Origin: Candidatus Poribacteria bacterium
GTDB taxonomy: Bacteria > Poribacteria > WGA-4E > WGA-3G
DNA: 64,000 nt
Assembly: GCA_963665235.2 (NCBI GenBank)
Contig: CAXXLX010000002.1
Coordinates: 834,820 to 898,819 of the forward strand
Direction: 5' to 3'
The translations under genes and the position numbers were made by a program. The notes under the pieces were generated by a model. That model worked only from the letters and a program-made list of their open reading frames with translations. It ran no database searches and had not been told where the DNA came from. Shown one piece after another: positions 40,899 through 50,957 of this stretch. Position 1 is the first letter of the stretch. Each line of letters begins with the position of its first letter.

Positions 40899-41876
40899 AT
40901 GAAAAAATTCTACATTCTGTTATGCACAATAGCTATACTTGTCTATACCGGATGTGATACCAAAAAACAGGATAACGGTACCACAGAAGATGGAAAAATC
41001 CGGGTTGTCACAACAATCGGTATGATTACCGATATTGTCAAAAACGTCGGCGGCGAACGCCTCGAGGTGATAGGACTTATGGGACCAGGGGTTGACCCGC
41101 ATCTCTATAAACTGACCCCAAATGACCAACAGCGACTGAGTGCTGCGCAATTCATCTTCTATAACGGGCACCACCTTGAGGCAAAGATGGGGGATGTCCT
41201 TGCCAAGATGACAGGAAACACAAAAACCTTCGCAGTCACAGCGGATGTTGACGAATCGCTACTCTTAACACCTCCGGAATTTGGATGTTGCCAAGGGCTA
41301 TACGACCCGCACCTCTGGTTCGACGTGACGCTCTGGATGAAGGCTGTAGAAAAGGTACGAGATGTGCTCAGCGAGAACGATACCGAGGGCGCACCTATAT
41401 ATCAGGACAACGCCAAGCGTTACCTCGCTGAACTTGCAGAGCTGCACCAGTACGTAAAGACTCAGGCGGCCTTAGTACCCCCTGAACAACGCGTAGTCGT
41501 GACGGCACACGATGCTTTTAGCTATTTCGGCAGAGCCTACGGATTTGAGGTCCGCGGGCTCCAGGGAATTAGCACCACAACAGAAGCGGGCATCGCTGAC
41601 GTGCAGGAATTGGCTACATTTATTGCAGACCGGCGTATTCCCGCAATTTTTGTGGAAACATCGGTCTCTTCACGCAACCTTGAAGCTGTCAAAGCTGCGG
41701 TCAAGGCGAGAGGGTTTGACGTGCAAATCGGCGGCGAACTTTTCTCTGACGCTATGGGAGACGCTGGCACACCTGAAGGCACCTATATCGGCATGATGCG
41801 GTACAACATTGATCTGATTGTAAAAGCCTTGACAGCCACACCTGATGAACCGACCGTGTCTATAACGGAGAAGTAA
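40899..41876 (+). CDS. troA: Mn/Zn ABC transporter substrate-binding lipoprotein (TroA-like)
   Basis: Lipobox YTGC; ligand motifs DPHLY, DPHLW, AHDAF, FSD. Confidence 0.9.
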   Translation: MKKFYILLCTIAILVYTGCDTKKQDNGTTEDGKIRVVTTIGMITDIVKNVGGERLEVIGLMGPGVDPHLYKLTPNDQQRLSAAQFIFYNGHHLEAKMGDVLAKMTGNTKTFAVTADVDESLLLTPPEFGCCQGLYDPHLWFDVTLWMKAVEKVRDVLSENDTEGAPIYQDNAKRYLAELAELHQYVKTQAALVPPEQRVVVTAHDAFSYFGRAYGFEVRGLQGISTTTEAGIADVQELATFIADRRIPAIFVETSVSSRNLEAVKAAVKARGFDVQIGGELFSDAMGDAGTPEGTYIGMMRYNIDLIVKALTATPDEPTVSITEK

Positions 41877-41877
41877 A

Positions 41878-42621
41878 GTGCGCGAACTTGATGCCAAAGC
41901 TATTGAGGTAACTGACTTGACAGTTGCCTATCAGGAGACACCTGTTTTGTGGGATGTTGACCTAAATGTGCCCCCAGGCGTACTTCTGGCAATTGTCGGC
42001 CCCAACGGTGCTGGTAAAACCACGCTAATTAAGGCCATTTTAGGGTTGGTACGTCCCGCTGCAGGACGCGTCCTAATTTACAATAAACCTTATGAAGCAC
42101 AACGCCGCATTGTCGGTTATGTACCACAACGTGGCAGTGTTGACTGGGATTTTCCAACGAACGTATTAGATGTCGTCATGATGGGTCGATACGGCACATT
42201 GGGATGGATACGGCGTCCGGGAAAACGGGAACGCGAACTCGCAATGCAGGCGTTGGAGAAGGTCGGAATGGAGACGTATACCTCCCGACAAATAAGCCAA
42301 CTCTCCGGCGGACAACAGCAACGCGTTTTTCTTGCACGCGCACTCGTCCAAGATGCTACAATCTATCTGATGGATGAACCCTTCCAGGGGGTAGATGCTA
42401 CCACCGAACGCGCTATCATCGCTTTATTGCAAGAACTCCGTGAAAATGGCAAAACTGTCGTTGTGGTACACCATGACCTCCAAACCGTCACCGACTACTT
42501 CGATTGGGTGACGCTATTGAACGTGCGGCGCATCGCCAGTGGCCCCGTTGAGGAAACGTTCACTTCCGAAAATTTACGGGAGACTTATGGCGGCCGTGTT
42601 GCCTTCATCAAAAACAGGTGA
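41878..42621 (+). CDS. troB: Mn/Zn ABC transporter ATPase
   Basis: [38 protein letters not shown]. Confidence 0.92.
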   Translation: MRELDAKAIEVTDLTVAYQETPVLWDVDLNVPPGVLLAIVGPNGAGKTTLIKAILGLVRPAAGRVLIYNKPYEAQRRIVGYVPQRGSVDWDFPTNVLDVVMMGRYGTLGWIRRPGKRERELAMQALEKVGMETYTSRQISQLSGGQQQRVFLARALVQDATIYLMDEPFQGVDATTERAIIALLQELRENGKTVVVVHHDLQTVTDYFDWVTLLNVRRIASGPVEETFTSENLRETYGGRVAFIKNR

Positions 42622-42634
42622 TAGCACCCAAATC

Positions 42635-43582
42635 ATGCGCAATTTTTTACAAATACCTATCCTTTTTGATTATACACTGATGGTTGTCACTGCAGGGACA
42701 GCACTGCTTGGAACAGTCAGCGGCTCACTCGGTACCTACGCCGTTTTGCGTCGGCAGAGCTTGCTTGGGGATGCCATCTCACATGCTGCCCTGCCCGGCA
42801 TTGCAATTGCCTTTCTCCTCACAGGCAGCAAAACGCCGCTGATTCTCGTTCTCGGTGCGGCAATAGCAGGCTGGTTAGGCACGTTGCTCATTATGAGTAT
42901 TGTGCGGCTCACACGGATTAAGGACGATAGCGCGCTCGCCATCGTGCTTTCGACCTTCTTCGGATTCGGTCTCGTACTCCATACACTTATTCAGCGCACC
43001 GGCAATGCGAATCAAGCGGGGTTGGATACGTTTCTCTTCGGACAAGCCGCCACAATTCTGAAACGGGATGTTTTAACAATAGGCATCCTCGGCGGTATCG
43101 CCATTATCGTTATGCTCGTTTTTTGGAAAGAGTTGAAACTGTTGGTTTTCGATGAGGGTTTCGCTGCTTCGCTCGGTTTCCCTATCCGCGCGCTCGATGT
43201 GCTCTTAACAAGTCTTCTCGTAATCGCAATCGTCCTCGGTTTGCAAGCGGTCGGTGCGGTGTTAATGAGTGCAATGTTGGTCGCGCCAGCCGTTGCCGCG
43301 CGGCAGTGGACGGACCGGCTCGGGTTGATGGTGTTTCTCGCTGCGTGCTTCGGCGCGCTTGCAGGCGTAAGCGGAACCCTTATCAGCAGCAGTGCTGCCC
43401 GTATCCCCACCGGTCCAACGATTGTCCTCTGTGCAACAGCCGTCGTGGGATTCTCAATTGCCTTTGCACCGAACCGTGGGCTTGTCTGGCACCGGGTGCG
43501 ACAGCGACGCAACGAACAAAGTCTAAAAATGGCAGCAAGCCGGTTATTAGAGCAACCCCGTCAAGAGGGTGATTCGCTCTAA
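42635..43582 (+). CDS. troC: Mn/Zn ABC transporter permease
   Basis: RRQSLLGDAISHAALPG, FLFGQAA, KELKLLVFD. Confidence 0.88.
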   Translation: MRNFLQIPILFDYTLMVVTAGTALLGTVSGSLGTYAVLRRQSLLGDAISHAALPGIAIAFLLTGSKTPLILVLGAAIAGWLGTLLIMSIVRLTRIKDDSALAIVLSTFFGFGLVLHTLIQRTGNANQAGLDTFLFGQAATILKRDVLTIGILGGIAIIVMLVFWKELKLLVFDEGFAASLGFPIRALDVLLTSLLVIAIVLGLQAVGAVLMSAMLVAPAVAARQWTDRLGLMVFLAACFGALAGVSGTLISSSAARIPTGPTIVLCATAVVGFSIAFAPNRGLVWHRVRQRRNEQSLKMAASRLLEQPRQEGDSL

Positions 43583-43595
43583 TGCCGGTTCGCGA

Positions 43596-43823
43596 AGATT
43601 GGAAAATTGGAAGGGTGGAAGAGAGGAAGAATGGAAGAAGGGATTTAGCGTGTGTGTTGTCTGAATGCCCGGCGCATTTGGGCGAGTACGCCGCAAATCG
43701 CAGATTATCGCGGATTTATCGGATTACGCGGATTTTAACCTGCGTAACAATCGAAGTTTTGTGATTGGAGGTTTAGCGTGTTTTCCGCATTATTGACACA
43801 TAAGTACAAAATATTTACACACT
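43596..43823. repeat. dispersed composite repeat at the left edge of the insertion in the tro operon
   Basis: Matches 16990-17180 (GGAAG tract, GCATTTGGGCGAGTACGCCGCAAATCGC) and ends in GTACAAAATATTTACACACTC. Confidence 0.75.
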
Positions 43824-44074
43824 CAAATTTATTATCCTCTTGAAATTTTTATGCAAATTTTGTATACTTATACCTAAGTTGCCACATAGTAGCATAATCT
43901 TCCAGATTGTGCATATTTGTGTGCAAACTAAAAGTGGACGCTACAAATATTAGCTCATTATCAGCATGTTTCCATTAAAGACGGTGTTTCCAAGTCTAAA
44001 AACTTATAAGTAGCAACTTGGGTATACTTATACAAAAATCAGCATTCGTCCCAAAATTAAAATAGTAGGTGTTT

Positions 44075-45124
44075 ATGAAACAAAGCTCACTCCTATTGAC
44101 ACTCAGTTTTTTGATATTAATATTAAATATAACAGGTTGCTCGGTAGCACGATTCGCTGAAACTCGGATGGGATACGGTGTCAAAAACGCCAATAAAATC
44201 AACATGGCACTGGACTTCCAAGTCGGTTTTGATGCAATAGACAACAGTCTCACTGTAAAGCTAGAACGTCAACCCTATAATATCTATAAACCCCGGATAA
44301 CACTTAACGACCTGGGAATAGGACTTGCTGCTCTCGGACTTTTAGGAAAAGTTTTCTACGACAATTGGGACCACGATAATACGTTTGACTTTTCAGATGA
44401 TACTTTCGACTGGGAAGATTCGGAACTGTGGGAAAAGGCGGTCCTGATAGGCGTGCCGATAGACATTCTACTTTACTGGGGTTTCGCCTATACGTTCGAT
44501 CGGCATAACATAAAACAGCCAAAACAACCGCTGACAGGACATCCCTACCGCATTGAACTTCCCGACCAGGCAGGACTTAGCACAAATTACACCACAATAA
44601 CTGGGACCGAACGGATTGAGTTCAGAGATTTTCTAGCAGATCTCGGCAATCCACCATACCTCCGAAACATTGAATCGCTTAAGTTTCGAGTGTCTACAGA
44701 GGTTGGCGGAAAGCGGTACAAAAAAGATTACACTGTTTCAGGGCTCTCTGTGCCTTCAGAACCCATCACACAGTTTGATTTAGAACCCCCTATCCGTTCT
44801 GCCCACCAGGTTCAAGTAGATGCAAACTGGAGCAAAGCCCGTTTACGCGCCGGGGAAAAAACGACATTAACAGTCCGTGTGAGAAATACCAGCAGTGCTG
44901 TACTTACCGGGTTAACCGTAAAAACCATCAGTGGCAATCCGGATTTCAATGATTGGGAGCTAAAGTTTGGGAACATCGCGCACGGCGAATCAGAAACTAA
45001 AGCATTGCGTTGCATGATAAATGCGGATGGACAACAAAAAACGGTGTCGGTCACCCTCCGTTTTGAGACATCTAGCGGTGTTATTCATCCCGATATTGAG
45101 AAAAAACTGGAAATTACAGAGTGA
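44075..45124 (+). CDS. lipoprotein with a C-terminal Ig-like (CARDB-like) domain
   Basis: Lipobox ITGC, internal hydrophobic segments, tail AGEKTTLTVRVRN...FGNIAHGES. Confidence 0.72.
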   Translation: MKQSSLLLTLSFLILILNITGCSVARFAETRMGYGVKNANKINMALDFQVGFDAIDNSLTVKLERQPYNIYKPRITLNDLGIGLAALGLLGKVFYDNWDHDNTFDFSDDTFDWEDSELWEKAVLIGVPIDILLYWGFAYTFDRHNIKQPKQPLTGHPYRIELPDQAGLSTNYTTITGTERIEFRDFLADLGNPPYLRNIESLKFRVSTEVGGKRYKKDYTVSGLSVPSEPITQFDLEPPIRSAHQVQVDANWSKARLRAGEKTTLTVRVRNTSSAVLTGLTVKTISGNPDFNDWELKFGNIAHGESETKALRCMINADGQQKTVSVTLRFETSSGVIHPDIEKKLEITE

Positions 45125-45160
45125 ACCTTTGCTAACAAAACACGTTTTAGGAGAAAGTGA

Positions 45161-47776
45161 ATGAAACGCAAAATTTTTCTCGCTTATACCATTGCTCTAA
45201 TATGTCTACTGAGCCTTGCTGCCTCGGAGGGGCAGCGAGGCCATGCTGAACTTCCTGCCGGAGCGATAGCACAATTTAACTATAGAGCGGATGTGTACGC
45301 TGTTGCGTTTTCACCGGATGGGCAGCTTCTTGCAATCGGTGGTGATAACAGCACCGTTGTCTTGTGGGATGTTGAGAATAAAGATAAAAGTAGAGTTTTC
45401 GGAGGACACAGTAAATCGGTTATGTCGGTGGCGTTTTCACCCGATGGACAACTGCTTGCATCAGCAAGTCTTGATGGTTTTGTTAGGGTATGGGACGTTA
45501 TTTCCGAAAATAGACTCAGAGCCTTTCAACATAAACACGACGGCGATGTGAAGTCAGTTGTATTTTCACCGGATGGAGAGGTGCTTGCCAGCGGGGGTGG
45601 CGATCAGAAGGGTACTGTTATGTTTCGCGATATTTCGCGAAATAGTCGCATCGCCCCGAGTGCCGGACATAGCGATATCGTCGAATCCATCGCGTTTTCG
45701 CCCGATGGACAACTGCTTGCATCAACCGATCGTGATGGGACTGTTAAATTGTGGGATGTTACGGGTCAACAGATACGGAAACCTTCTATGAAACACAAAG
45801 GGGTTGTGTACGCCGTGACGTTTTCACCGAATGGAGACATGCTTGCAACCGCCAGCCGTGATAAAACTATCAAGCTCTGGCGAATATCTTCTGGCGAAGC
45901 CTTCGTAAGCTTTACTGTTAATAGGGTTAATAGTACCCACCAGGTTTACGCCACAGCATTGGCGTTTTCACCGGATGGAAAGTATCTCGCCGCAGGCTGT
46001 GGTGACGACACTGTAAAACTTTGGGATGTTGTTGATCGGCAGATGTTTAAAACGCTTAGTGGGCATACTGGCAAGGTAACCTCTGTCGCGTTTTCACTGG
46101 ATGGAAGAACACTCGCAAGTGGCAGTCGCGATCGGACTGTACTGCTCTGGGATCTTTCGCATTTCAATGTCGTTCCGCCTGAAATTAACGTTTTGCCTAA
46201 ACCTACCGCCATTTTAGCAGATACAACCGCCCCTAATATTGAAATCATCTCGCCTACCGGGCGTATTGTACCCTATACTACGGAATACCTTACTATTCGT
46301 GGACAAGTTACAGACAACAACGGTATTGCCGAAGTCAAAGTCAATGGATTAGAGGTGGAGGTCTTGGCAGAAGGTAGATTTAGTACGTCTGTCGAATTGG
46401 GTGGCGGTAAAAACGAAATCCGTATCACAGCGATAGACACACACGGAAACATGGATACAAACCGACTTATTGTCCTCCGGCCCGTTCCATTAGACCCGAA
46501 TCCACCGACTATCTCTCTCGATTTACAGAGACAGAATCAGGTCACTGCTGAACATGAGTACTTCAGTTTCCGAGGCAGTGTTACCGACGATAACAACGTT
46601 AGCACAGTAAAGGTCAATAACAAGGAGGTCTATCTTTCTGAGGATGGGGTATTTACGGCAACAGTACCACTCTCTTACGGTGAAAACGAGATTCGTATCG
46701 CTGCTACAGACAGGCACGGCAACATGGATACAAACCGCTTCACTATCTCTCGAGCCTTTCCGAGGCGCTTTCCGAATCCGGGACCTGTGATTCGCATACT
46801 CCAACCACCGGAGGCAAGTGCTAAACGGGGTATCAAACCTATAATCACCATATACGATGCCACCACGACTGTCGCCGGTGAAGTTGAGGATGACGATGGC
46901 GTATCCGAAATCAGGATAGGCAATATAAACGTCCAGTTGAGAGGAAAGGAATTCTCCACTTCGGTTTCACTAATTTATGGGGAAAATTCTGTGCATGTTG
47001 TCGCCACAGATATGCTGGGAAACCAATCCTATAAGGAAATTGTCATCCACCGGCCACGAAACATCAGGGAAGGAAAGGACTACGCCTTGTTGTTTGCCGT
47101 CGAAGACTATGACAATTGGCCCAAACTTCGTAAACCGGTTTCTGACGCGGAAGCTGTCCAACGAGATTTAGAGGACCTATACGGCTTTCAAACACGGTTA
47201 ATCAAAAACCCAACGAAGGCAGATATATTTGAAGCGTTCCGTGAATACGCAAAGAAAGACTACCCGGAGGATGCGCAACTGTTCATCTTCTTCGCCGGAC
47301 ACGGACACTTTGATGAGGCATTCAAAGGCGGCTACCTTGTCGCACGCGATACAAAATTGCCATCAGATAAAGATGCAATTATAAGCTACGTGTCGCACTC
47401 AGAAATTCACGATATTGTGAATAGGATGAATTGTAAACATATCTTTTTGGTCCTGGATACCTGCTACAGCGGGACATTCGATCGGGAAATTGCTATGCGC
47501 GGCAGCCCTGAATCTCTCACAGAACGCGATATCATACGGAACTTTAAATACACTACCCGGCGGTACTTGACATCCGGCGGTAAGGAGCAGGTGCCTGATG
47601 AATCCGCGTTTGTTAGAGCCCTCCTTAAGGCATTACGAAGTAAAGGGGGGGTCGACAATATCCTAACGATTGCTGAAATTGTGAGTGAAATGGAGGGCGT
47701 TAATCCTAAACCGCGCTCAGACAGCTTCGGAATCGATGAACCAGGAAGCAATTTCCTGTTTTTTGCCATAGACTAA
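45161..47776 (+). CDS. exported WD40-repeat, 3x Ig-like and caspase-family (C14) protease
   Basis: Signal peptide; seven VAFSPDG..LAS repeats; three G.V.D...V..V.VN...L..G.N.I.I.A.D..GN repeats; dyad FFAGHG / LDTCYSG. Confidence 0.88.
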   Translation: MKRKIFLAYTIALICLLSLAASEGQRGHAELPAGAIAQFNYRADVYAVAFSPDGQLLAIGGDNSTVVLWDVENKDKSRVFGGHSKSVMSVAFSPDGQLLASASLDGFVRVWDVISENRLRAFQHKHDGDVKSVVFSPDGEVLASGGGDQKGTVMFRDISRNSRIAPSAGHSDIVESIAFSPDGQLLASTDRDGTVKLWDVTGQQIRKPSMKHKGVVYAVTFSPNGDMLATASRDKTIKLWRISSGEAFVSFTVNRVNSTHQVYATALAFSPDGKYLAAGCGDDTVKLWDVVDRQMFKTLSGHTGKVTSVAFSLDGRTLASGSRDRTVLLWDLSHFNVVPPEINVLPKPTAILADTTAPNIEIISPTGRIVPYTTEYLTIRGQVTDNNGIAEVKVNGLEVEVLAEGRFSTSVELGGGKNEIRITAIDTHGNMDTNRLIVLRPVPLDPNPPTISLDLQRQNQVTAEHEYFSFRGSVTDDNNVSTVKVNNKEVYLSEDGVFTATVPLSYGENEIRIAATDRHGNMDTNRFTISRAFPRRFPNPGPVIRILQPPEASAKRGIKPIITIYDATTTVAGEVEDDDGVSEIRIGNINVQLRGKEFSTSVSLIYGENSVHVVATDMLGNQSYKEIVIHRPRNIREGKDYALLFAVEDYDNWPKLRKPVSDAEAVQRDLEDLYGFQTRLIKNPTKADIFEAFREYAKKDYPEDAQLFIFFAGHGHFDEAFKGGYLVARDTKLPSDKDAIISYVSHSEIHDIVNRMNCKHIFLVLDTCYSGTFDREIAMRGSPESLTERDIIRNFKYTTRRYLTSGGKEQVPDESAFVRALLKALRSKGGVDNILTIAEIVSEMEGVNPKPRSDSFGIDEPGSNFLFFAID

Positions 47777-47818
47777 GCACTCAATTTGCAATTTCTTAAA
47801 TTAAGGAGAACTCAACCT

Positions 47819-49519
47819 ATGCGAAAACTGCTTTTTATTTTTATATTTATATCTATAACCTTTTTCACATCATCCGTGACCTGGGCACTGCCAGGGTGGA
47901 TTTTACCTGAACTCAAGAAGTATCCAGCTGACACATACCTCCGTGATATCGGTACGGCCTCCGGGGAGGAAGCCTTTAAAAACGCTACCGCTGAAGCCCA
48001 TAGAAAAGTCGCCGCGAAGATTCTCAGAAAGGTATCCCATATCATTCGTTCCAACCAGGATGAACTGGAGTACGATATGGTTCGGGAACACTATAGTGCA
48101 GTCCTGGAAGATTACTGTTCATGGCGGCAAGTCGTCCCCGCTCTCAAATTAGAAAGTCTTAAAGTTCGGAACCTTACCGTTGATATGGCACGCCAAGACG
48201 ACAAGGAAACATATTCCCTCGTCTATATTAAGCGCGCCGAACTTAAGGAACTTTACGCTGCTCGCGCTTCGATGCTACGCTTACAAATTCAAATGGAGCT
48301 TGCAATTGCTAAGCGCCAAGAAGAGATGTTGAACAGAGAAGGGGTGATAAGAACTTATCTGCGAACCTATCCGCTTTATGAAGCACTCAAAGAGGCAGAA
48401 ATTATTCAGATTGGCGCGCAATACACTCCTAATTTTCGTGAGACGTTCAAGCAATTGGCAACCGCAGCAACGCAAATAGATGGCGAGATATTACCGCATC
48501 GGAACGTGATTAAGCGGGTAGAAGAACTTGCTGAAGAGACCATTGTCAACTTTAACGACGTTTGCTTGAGTCTCATCTCTCAACTTTTGCAGCAGACCAA
48601 TGAACCGCACAGCGTCCCCGTCCATCCTTTGGTTTATGAAGATTCCGAAATGATTAGTCCCCTCGCCTCAACGTTCAACAATATACTACAGAAAAAGTTT
48701 CGCTGGATAGTTGTTGAGCCTGTCCGTGAGTTTAATCAGACCGCTATTGACACAAACAAAATTAACCGAGTTCGCTACCCGTGGCGACTCAACCCCTCCT
48801 TCTGGGAAAACGGCGATGAAATTACGCTCCGAGCCACACTGCGCGATATAGAGACTGGCAAATTTATCGCAACTGCTGTCGTCCGGTTTTTGCATTCTAA
48901 ACTGCGCGATGGTGATAAGTTTATCTATAAACCGCGCGGCTATGAGAAAGCAAAAGAGCAGAAAAAGGCTTTCGAACCACGTTATTATCGAAGTGAACAT
49001 AGCCGGGGCGATGCCGAAACAATCAGCGAACATCAATTTGCTCCGATTGATGGTTTAAAGGTCGAAGTGTGGACAAGCGAAGGGCACGGTCCCCTGCATT
49101 ACACAAAAGACGATAGGTTAAAAATCTACGTTCGCGTAAATCAATCCGCGTATATCCGGCTCCTTTACACCCTTGCCGATGGGAGACGTATACTCCTTAA
49201 GGACAACCACTATATCGGTCCAGAGGCGGTAAACGGTGCTGCAGAAATGGGTGAGTTTGTGTGTACCCCGCCTTTCGGCATAGAATTTCTGAACGTCGCA
49301 GCACGCACCGACAAATTTCCACCTATTGAAACTCGGGAAGAGGATGGATATCACCTCCTTATCAATCAGGATATAGAGAAGGCTGCTGAACTTTTTCGAG
49401 GGTTAAAGCCGATAGAAAAAACCGAGGAACCGAAACCGATTGAGCCGCCGCTAAGCGATGAAAAACCCCGCTTTCAGCAGAGTGAAGTGCAGCTGATGAT
49501 AACGACTACGGAAAAATAG
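47819..49519 (+). CDS. exported protein with LPP20-like N-terminus and DUF4384-like C-terminus
   Basis: Signal peptide, P.W.....YP...YL..IG N-terminus; tail Y..DDRLKIYVRVNQSAYIRLLYTLADG...PPFGIE; AGGAG RBS. Confidence 0.65.
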   Translation: MRKLLFIFIFISITFFTSSVTWALPGWILPELKKYPADTYLRDIGTASGEEAFKNATAEAHRKVAAKILRKVSHIIRSNQDELEYDMVREHYSAVLEDYCSWRQVVPALKLESLKVRNLTVDMARQDDKETYSLVYIKRAELKELYAARASMLRLQIQMELAIAKRQEEMLNREGVIRTYLRTYPLYEALKEAEIIQIGAQYTPNFRETFKQLATAATQIDGEILPHRNVIKRVEELAEETIVNFNDVCLSLISQLLQQTNEPHSVPVHPLVYEDSEMISPLASTFNNILQKKFRWIVVEPVREFNQTAIDTNKINRVRYPWRLNPSFWENGDEITLRATLRDIETGKFIATAVVRFLHSKLRDGDKFIYKPRGYEKAKEQKKAFEPRYYRSEHSRGDAETISEHQFAPIDGLKVEVWTSEGHGPLHYTKDDRLKIYVRVNQSAYIRLLYTLADGRRILLKDNHYIGPEAVNGAAEMGEFVCTPPFGIEFLNVAARTDKFPPIETREEDGYHLLINQDIEKAAELFRGLKPIEKTEEPKPIEPPLSDEKPRFQQSEVQLMITTTEK

Positions 49520-49560
49520 GGGGCAGCCCCCCACCGTTTGTAGGCACCAAATGCTACATT

Positions 49561-50670
49561 ATGCAAATACAACAAATTGAAATCCAACTCATTGCAATTG
49601 TCGTCGCAGTAGCATGTGCCTTACCGGGGGTATTCCTTGTGCTACGCAGGATGACCTTGATGAGCGACGCGATTAGTCACGCGATTCTCCCCGGCATTGT
49701 GCTTGCCTTCTTTCTTACAGAGAGTCTCTCCTCGCCGCTCCTCATTCTTGCTGCGGCTGGCACCGGCATGCTCACTGTCCTTTTCGTTGAATTGCTACAA
49801 CGGACGAAGCTACTAAAAGAGGATGCTGCAATCGGATTGGTATTCCCCGCCCTTTTTAGCATAGGCGTAATCCTAATTGCCCGATTTGCCAACAATGTGC
49901 ATCTAGATATGGACGCTGTCCTGCTTGGGGAGCTCGCGCTTGCCCCATTTCACCGTTTCGAGGCTTTCGGTTACGATTTAGGACCTATTTCACTATATGT
50001 GATGGGGAGCATTCTTTCCCTGAATGTGCTCTTTATTTTTCTGTTCTATAAAGAATTGAAGTTAGCCACTTTTGATGCAAGTCTCGCTGCCACACTTGGA
50101 TTTGCCCCTACCCTCATCCACTACGGTTTGATGATGCTAGTCTCCATGACAACAGTCGGCGCGTTTGACGCGGTCGGTTCAATTTTAGTCGTCGCTCTTA
50201 TCGCCGGACCGCCAGCTACCGCGTATCTCATGACAGATAGCCTGACGCGAATGCTCATCCTCAGCGCGATTATTGGCAGTGTGAATGCCGTTAGCGGTTA
50301 TTGGCTCGCTGTTCTCTTCGAAGTCTCTATTGCCGGGGCAATTGCAACGGTGACGCTTCTCGTATTTGGATTAATTTTTCTGGTCGTACCGAACCGTGGG
50401 CTTATCGCTATTGCGCGTAGGCGTGTTCAACAAAAATGGGAATTTGCACAACAGATGTTGGTTATCCATCTTCTGAATCACGAGGGGCTCCCCGAAGCAG
50501 CGGTAGAATCAGAAATAGCACACCTCCACGAGCACCTCCGTTGGCCCCCGGACTTTGCATTACAGGTTGTTAAACATGCCCTGAACAATCGATATGTTTA
50601 TAGGGAAGAGATGCAGCTAACCTTAACGGAAGAGGGACGCACAATTGCACAACGTTCTCTAACACAATAG
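49561..50670 (+). CDS. troD: Mn/Zn ABC transporter permease with C-terminal DtxR-like HTH
   Basis: GVFLVLRRMTLMSDAISHAILPG, VHLDMDAVLLGEL, AFDAVGSILVVA; tail LTLTEEG. Confidence 0.88.
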   Translation: MQIQQIEIQLIAIVVAVACALPGVFLVLRRMTLMSDAISHAILPGIVLAFFLTESLSSPLLILAAAGTGMLTVLFVELLQRTKLLKEDAAIGLVFPALFSIGVILIARFANNVHLDMDAVLLGELALAPFHRFEAFGYDLGPISLYVMGSILSLNVLFIFLFYKELKLATFDASLAATLGFAPTLIHYGLMMLVSMTTVGAFDAVGSILVVALIAGPPATAYLMTDSLTRMLILSAIIGSVNAVSGYWLAVLFEVSIAGAIATVTLLVFGLIFLVVPNRGLIAIARRRVQQKWEFAQQMLVIHLLNHEGLPEAAVESEIAHLHEHLRWPPDFALQVVKHALNNRYVYREEMQLTLTEEGRTIAQRSLTQ

Positions 50671-50691
50671 TGCCTCGGTTTCTGTCTCTCC

Positions 50692-50825
50692 TCTTAGTCC
50701 AGTATGGACGATATGTTTATAGGCGCAGCGGTTTCTGCCCTTCTCTTAGCCCAGTATGGGCGGTATGTTTATAGACAACACAATGTCCCCGCAAACTAGC
50801 CCCAGCGGGGCGATATGTTTATAGT
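50692..50825. repeat. three short palindromic dispersed repeats
   Basis: TTAG(T)CCAGTATGG(A/G)CG.TATGTTTATAG twice, and TAGCCCCAGCGGGGCGATATGTTTATAG. Confidence 0.7.
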
Positions 50826-50835
50826 ATTTGCGTTA

Positions 50836-50864
50836 TTGACAAACAGAAACGTTCATGGTAAAAT
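50836..50864 (+). promoter_or_regulatory. metG promoter
   Basis: TTGACA-17 bp-TAAAAT with a TG extension. Confidence 0.65.
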
Positions 50865-50957
50865 CTAATTAGCAGTCAGCAGATAGGAAAAAGGGTCAGA
50901 GCCCTCTTGACTGCAAGTCATTAGTCATGAGCAATTAGCCAGATAAAAGGAAATCCG

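Noticed and set aside
50865-50957. SAM riboswitch or T-box before metG
   Set aside because: No ATCxAGAG/GCAACC or TGGNACC signature; leader too short
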